Assembly: GCA_048886685.1 (NCBI GenBank)
Contig: JBHLKM010000013.1
Span: forward strand, 81,755-145,754
DNA from: Candidatus Hodarchaeota archaeon
Lineage (GTDB): Archaea > Asgardarchaeota > Lokiarchaeia > Sigyniarchaeales > SOKP01
Length of the DNA: 64,000 nt
Direction: 5' to 3'
In this document: positions 60,509 to 64,000 of the stretch, piece after piece
Numbering within the stretch: position 1 is the first letter of the stretch
Layout of the letters: every line of letters starts with the position of its first letter
Notes under the pieces: generated by a model
Seen by the model: only the letters and a program-made list of their open reading frames with translations
What the model was told of the DNA's origin: nothing
Database searches by the model: none
Position numbers and translations under genes: made by a program

Positions 60509-61678
60509 TCAACTTACAAAAGGATTAGAGTATTCTAAAATAACCTTAGCTACTTCGGGGCGCATTATATCTGGTCCAGGAAACTTTCCTTCTTTCAGTG
60601 CTTCTCTTATTTCTCTACCCGCAAAGAAATTTTGCATTTCAGGAGGGTGTGGACATATCTTATCATTGATTATAAAACCACATTTATTGCATTTTGAAAA
60701 TGATCTAAATTTTATGGGCTCAATTCCCAAATCCGGGAATTGGTCAAAAATCTCATGCGCATCATAGGGACCATAGTAATCACCTACACCTGCGTGATCC
60801 CTTCCTATTATAATGTGATCACATCCAAAATTTTTTCTTGTTATAGCATGAAAAATTGCTTCTTTGGGTCCTGCGTATCGCATCTCAGTTTCAAACGTAC
60901 TGAAAACAACTCGATCTTTTGGGAAATATTCTTCTATTAATTTACGGTAAGCTGTGATTATTACTTCATCTAAAAAATCCCCAACCTTTTTTTTTCCTAT
61001 CACAGGATTTATAAAAAGGCCATCCACATAAGTAAGACCTGCTTTTTGAACGTATTCATGTCCTAAATGAGGGGGATTTCTGGTTTGAAATGCTACAACT
61101 CTTTTCCATTTTTTTTCTTTAAATAAGACTCTTGTTTCTATTGGTTTTAGGTCTAATTCTGGAAACACAGCTTTAGGCTCATTAATTAGAAAAATTTCTC
61201 CCCCGACTAGCTTTTCTGCTTGATTGAACACTGCATTAACTCCAGGATGGTTAGGATCAATTGTATTGTATGTCTTTTCTGCAAATTCTTTTTTATCATA
61301 ATCATAAATATCTTCGACATTCATGAGTGCTATAGGATTTTCTATTGGATCTACTAGTATGACTCTATCATCAATATTAAATGTTTTTACTTTAGCTTTG
61401 GGAACATCTAATACAATAGGAAAGGGCCATGCTACGTTATTTTCAAGATACATATGTTCAAGTACATAATGATAATCGTTCTCATTCATAAATCCTTCTA
61501 ATGGACTAAAAACACCAAAACTAATGTTTTTAATTACTTTTATAATATTAGGTTGAACCTGAATCTTTTCAAATTCATCTAATTGACTTTCTATACGCTT
61601 TTTTTCAATCCTTGGTAAATCTTTATTTATTAAATTTCCCCCATGAGGTTGTATCATTTTTGAAACCTCTTTACTCAA
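60509..61678 (-). CDS. sat: Sulfate adenylyltransferase (ATP sulfurylase)
   Basis: PHGG, FSPLEGFM, QTRNPPHLGHE, MRYAGPKEA, GRDHAGVG. Confidence 0.96.
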   Translation of the reverse strand: MSKEVSKMIQPHGGNLINKDLPRIEKKRIESQLDEFEKIQVQPNIIKVIKNISFGVFSPLEGFMNENDYHYVLEHMYLENNVAWPFPIVLDVPKAKVKTFNIDDRVILVDPIENPIALMNVEDIYDYDKKEFAEKTYNTIDPNHPGVNAVFNQAEKLVGGEIFLINEPKAVFPELDLKPIETRVLFKEKKWKRVVAFQTRNPPHLGHEYVQKAGLTYVDGLFINPVIGKKKVGDFLDEVIITAYRKLIEEYFPKDRVVFSTFETEMRYAGPKEAIFHAITRKNFGCDHIIIGRDHAGVGDYYGPYDAHEIFDQFPDLGIEPIKFRSFSKCNKCGFIINDKICPHPPEMQNFFAGREIREALKEGKFPGPDIMRPEVAKVILEYSNPFVS

Positions 61679-61914
61679 TCTATATATCCTAAATCCCTTA
61701 AACGTTGTTTGACTTTTTCTTCTTCTTCCTTTGTAAAAGCTTGCTTTGAGCGCTCTTCTTCCTCAATAGATGATAATACTTGTCTTATTACGTAAGTAAC
61801 ATAGCTAGAGACACTTGCAAAACCAGTTCCCCTCATTCTCTCTTTTATTTTATCAGCTAATGGCTTTGGGATTGAGACTGTTGTATATTCAACTTTATGT
61901 TCATCATCAGGCAT
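61675..61914 (-). CDS. Ribbon-helix-helix (CopG-like) protein with C-terminal EEEEKVKQRLRDLGY tail
   Basis: TTVSIPKPL strand-helix, SVSSYV..VIR second helix; stop overlaps the sat start (TTGA). Confidence 0.88.
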   Translation of the reverse strand: MPDDEHKVEYTTVSIPKPLADKIKERMRGTGFASVSSYVTYVIRQVLSSIEEEERSKQAFTKEEEEKVKQRLRDLGYID

Positions 61915-62143
61915 AATTTTGATATCACACTATTTATAAAAACAATTATTAATAATTATTAATTAAAACATATTTAAATATTTAATTATATATAATTAAA
62001 TTTAATTATCCAAAATATTTAGATGCTAATTCTTAACCTTAATTTTACTTAACTCTCAAAAAAGGTTGCAAATTTAATAAATACCATGTTTAATTTAATG
62101 ATATTAGGATCAGTTTCAGCAAATTAAATCCTGCATGTGAAGA

Positions 62144-64000
62144 ATGAAAGTTTTAGTTTTATATAATTACTTTAATTATCAATACAAATTTATCCCCCGG
62201 TTTATTAATAAATTTCTAAGAAGGTTTGAGAAAACTGAATTAAATTCATTAATTAAACATTTAAGAAAGATACATAAAGAAAACCTTGAAATTAAAATCA
62301 TTAATGCTGAAGATAGAAAATTAGATCTTCACTCAGATATTCATATTGAAGATCTTTCATCTTTGAGAATCGAACTTGAGCATAATGAATATTTAAACAT
62401 CCTTGATAAAGTTACTAATAACACAAAGCAAAATCTCACAGCTTTTTACAATAATCTTGACTCTGTAAAACTACTTAAAGAAATGCATATTGCTAAACCA
62501 TTGGAATTTAGCTTTGTTTTGTTTCTAAATGAATTATTTGGTAGTTTTGAGCTAATAAAACGAGTACTGTTAGCAGAAGAATTTGATAAAATTATTCTGT
62601 TTAATTGTAATAAATTTTGTATCAATATAGTTAGATCTCTGAATTCTATTCAAGAAAGAATTAAAGTGTACAATAGTAAGATTTTCTTAAAGAACATCAA
62701 AATCTTAAATTATATCAATGCTATTTTCTATACTATTCTTACTATTGGTGTTTTTTTTAAAAGAATATTAGTAAAGTCAAATCTTAAGAAAAGCCTTATA
62801 AAAAAGAATGATAAACAACAAATCTTATTTCTAGCAGATTCGGAAAACCAAATAAGAAGTATAAGACCCGTCTATGAATTTTTGAAAAAAATTGATCATG
62901 TTAATCCAATTCATTATAGAAGTGAAACTTATCTTTCTTTAAGAAATATAACAAGACTCTTAAAACATATTTTCTATTTTAGGAAGTTAATATATCATTA
63001 TAAAAAATATCTCTCAAGAAATATGAAATATGATAGTTTAAGATTGGGAGAAATTCTAAAAATTTACTATTCTAGGAATCTATTTATCGAATTAATCAAA
63101 GGTTTCAATGTTTGGAACAATTTAAAAAAGTTTACGAAAAAAATGTCCCCTAATATAGTTATAATTACTAATGATTTTCTTACAATTCCAAGATTAATTT
63201 CGATATATTTTAAATCAAATTCAATCCCCACATTGCATATTCCACACGCAGCAGTTCCGATTATTGATGAGATGATAACTGAAAATAGTGTTGAATATTT
63301 TGCCTTAGGTAGTGAATTTGAGAGGGAGTATTATATGGGGAAGGGTGTCTTGGAAGAAAAAATAGAAATTACAGGTATTCCTCGTTATGAATATTTTCAT
63401 AAGAATCAATTTCAAATATTAGATGAAGTAATTGATATTTTCGATGGAAGAAAATATAACTTTTCAAAGCATGATTTTACAATTTTATTGACAACTAATC
63501 CTATTGATGATAGATCAAATGAGAAAATAATTACAGCTACGATTGAATCTCTAAATAAGTTAAATCTTATTAAAAATTTGATTATAAAACTACATCCTCG
63601 AGAGGATGGGAAGATTCACAAGAGAATTCTAAAGAGATTTAACCTGGATACAATAATTGTAAAAGATTACAAGATTTTAAACCTTATAAAATCATGTGAT
63701 TTATTATTATCCCAAAAATCAACTACTATTTTAGAAGCTATGCTAGTTGGTACACCTATTATAGTTTTAGATTTTATTAATAAAGAATTCAATGAGACTA
63801 GTAAATATTTATTTTTAAATAAAAAATTCGTGCTATCCGTGAAGGAACAACCCAAATTGACCCAAAAAATAAAGGATTTAATAATTAATAACGAATTGAG
63901 AGAAAATTATCGCCAAAATCTTATAAAAAATGCAAAGAAATTCATTTCATATGATCCTGAAAATCCCCCGATTCAAAAGATATCTGAATTAATAATGAAA
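62144..64000 (+). CDS. GT-B fold TagF/CDP-glycerol glycerophosphotransferase- or capsule-polymerase-like protein; runs off the window and is missing from the ORF track
   Basis: Read by hand from ATG 62144 (MKVLVLYNY...); motifs HIPHA, ITGIPRYE, IIKLHPRE, STTILEAMLVGTP. Confidence 0.8.
   Translation, partial: MKVLVLYNYFNYQYKFIPRFINKFLRRFEKTELNSLIKHLRKIHKENLEIKIINAEDRKLDLHSDIHIEDLSSLRIELEHNEYLNILDKVTNNTKQNLTAFYNNLDSVKLLKEMHIAKPLEFSFVLFLNELFGSFELIKRVLLAEEFDKIILFNCNKFCINIVRSLNSIQERIKVYNSKIFLKNIKILNYINAIFYTILTIGVFFKRILVKSNLKKSLIKKNDKQQILFLADSENQIRSIRPVYEFLKKIDHVNPIHYRSETYLSLRNITRLLKHIFYFRKLIYHYKKYLSRNMKYDSLRLGEILKIYYSRNLFIELIKGFNVWNNLKKFTKKMSPNIVIITNDFLTIPRLISIYFKSNSIPTLHIPHAAVPIIDEMITENSVEYFALGSEFEREYYMGKGVLEEKIEITGIPRYEYFHKNQFQILDEVIDIFDGRKYNFSKHDFTILLTTNPIDDRSNEKIITATIESLNKLNLIKNLIIKLHPREDGKIHKRILKRFNLDTIIVKDYKILNLIKSCDLLLSQKSTTILEAMLVGTPIIVLDFINKEFNETSKYLFLNKKFVLSVKEQPKLTQKIKDLIINNELRENYRQNLIKNAKKFISYDPENPPIQKISELIMK

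Noticed and set aside
58557-61678. Dissimilatory or assimilatory sulfate reduction locus
   Set aside because: No apr, dsr, cysH or sulfite reductase in the window; context is glycan biosynthesis
549-63855. Short antisense or nested ORFs in the track (e.g. 11103..11480, 20633..21091, 25889..26263, 54001..54312, 63667..63855)
   Set aside because: Shadows of well-supported genes, with no motifs
1-64000. CRISPR array, rRNA, transposase/integrase or provirus
   Set aside because: None recognised by eye; no integrase or att duplication next to the tRNA

Overview
AT-rich archaeal DNA that looks like an Asgard archaeon (Lokiarchaeia-like). This is inferred from eukaryotic-signature genes (E1, E2, a multi-UBC/RING protein, Rab-like and longin-fused GTPases, a roadblock protein) beside archaeal IleRS, PDCD5 and an intron-containing tRNA. 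The first ~26 kb is mixed housekeeping, cobalamin/Fe-S enzymes and ubiquitin/trafficking genes. It includes a 2122-aa helical-repeat protein and a tRNA-Tyr(GTA) that I parse with three introns. About 26-64 kb is largely a surface-glycan region: GT2/GT4/GT-C-like transferases, flippase, SDR epimerases, a heptose operon with its own transaldolase/transketolase, organophosphate uptake/activation genes and a PAPS operon. Best candidates for undescribed biology: (1) a possible non-canonical glycan sulfation relay (Sat + CysC, Thr-type alkaline-phosphatase/sulfatase-fold proteins, and a small RHH protein with a free-standing 'RLxxLGY' tail, but no classical sulfotransferase); (2) a FANCL-like 4xUBC-fold-RING protein; (3) the three-intron tRNA. 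All family calls come from motif recognition by eye; no searches were run.
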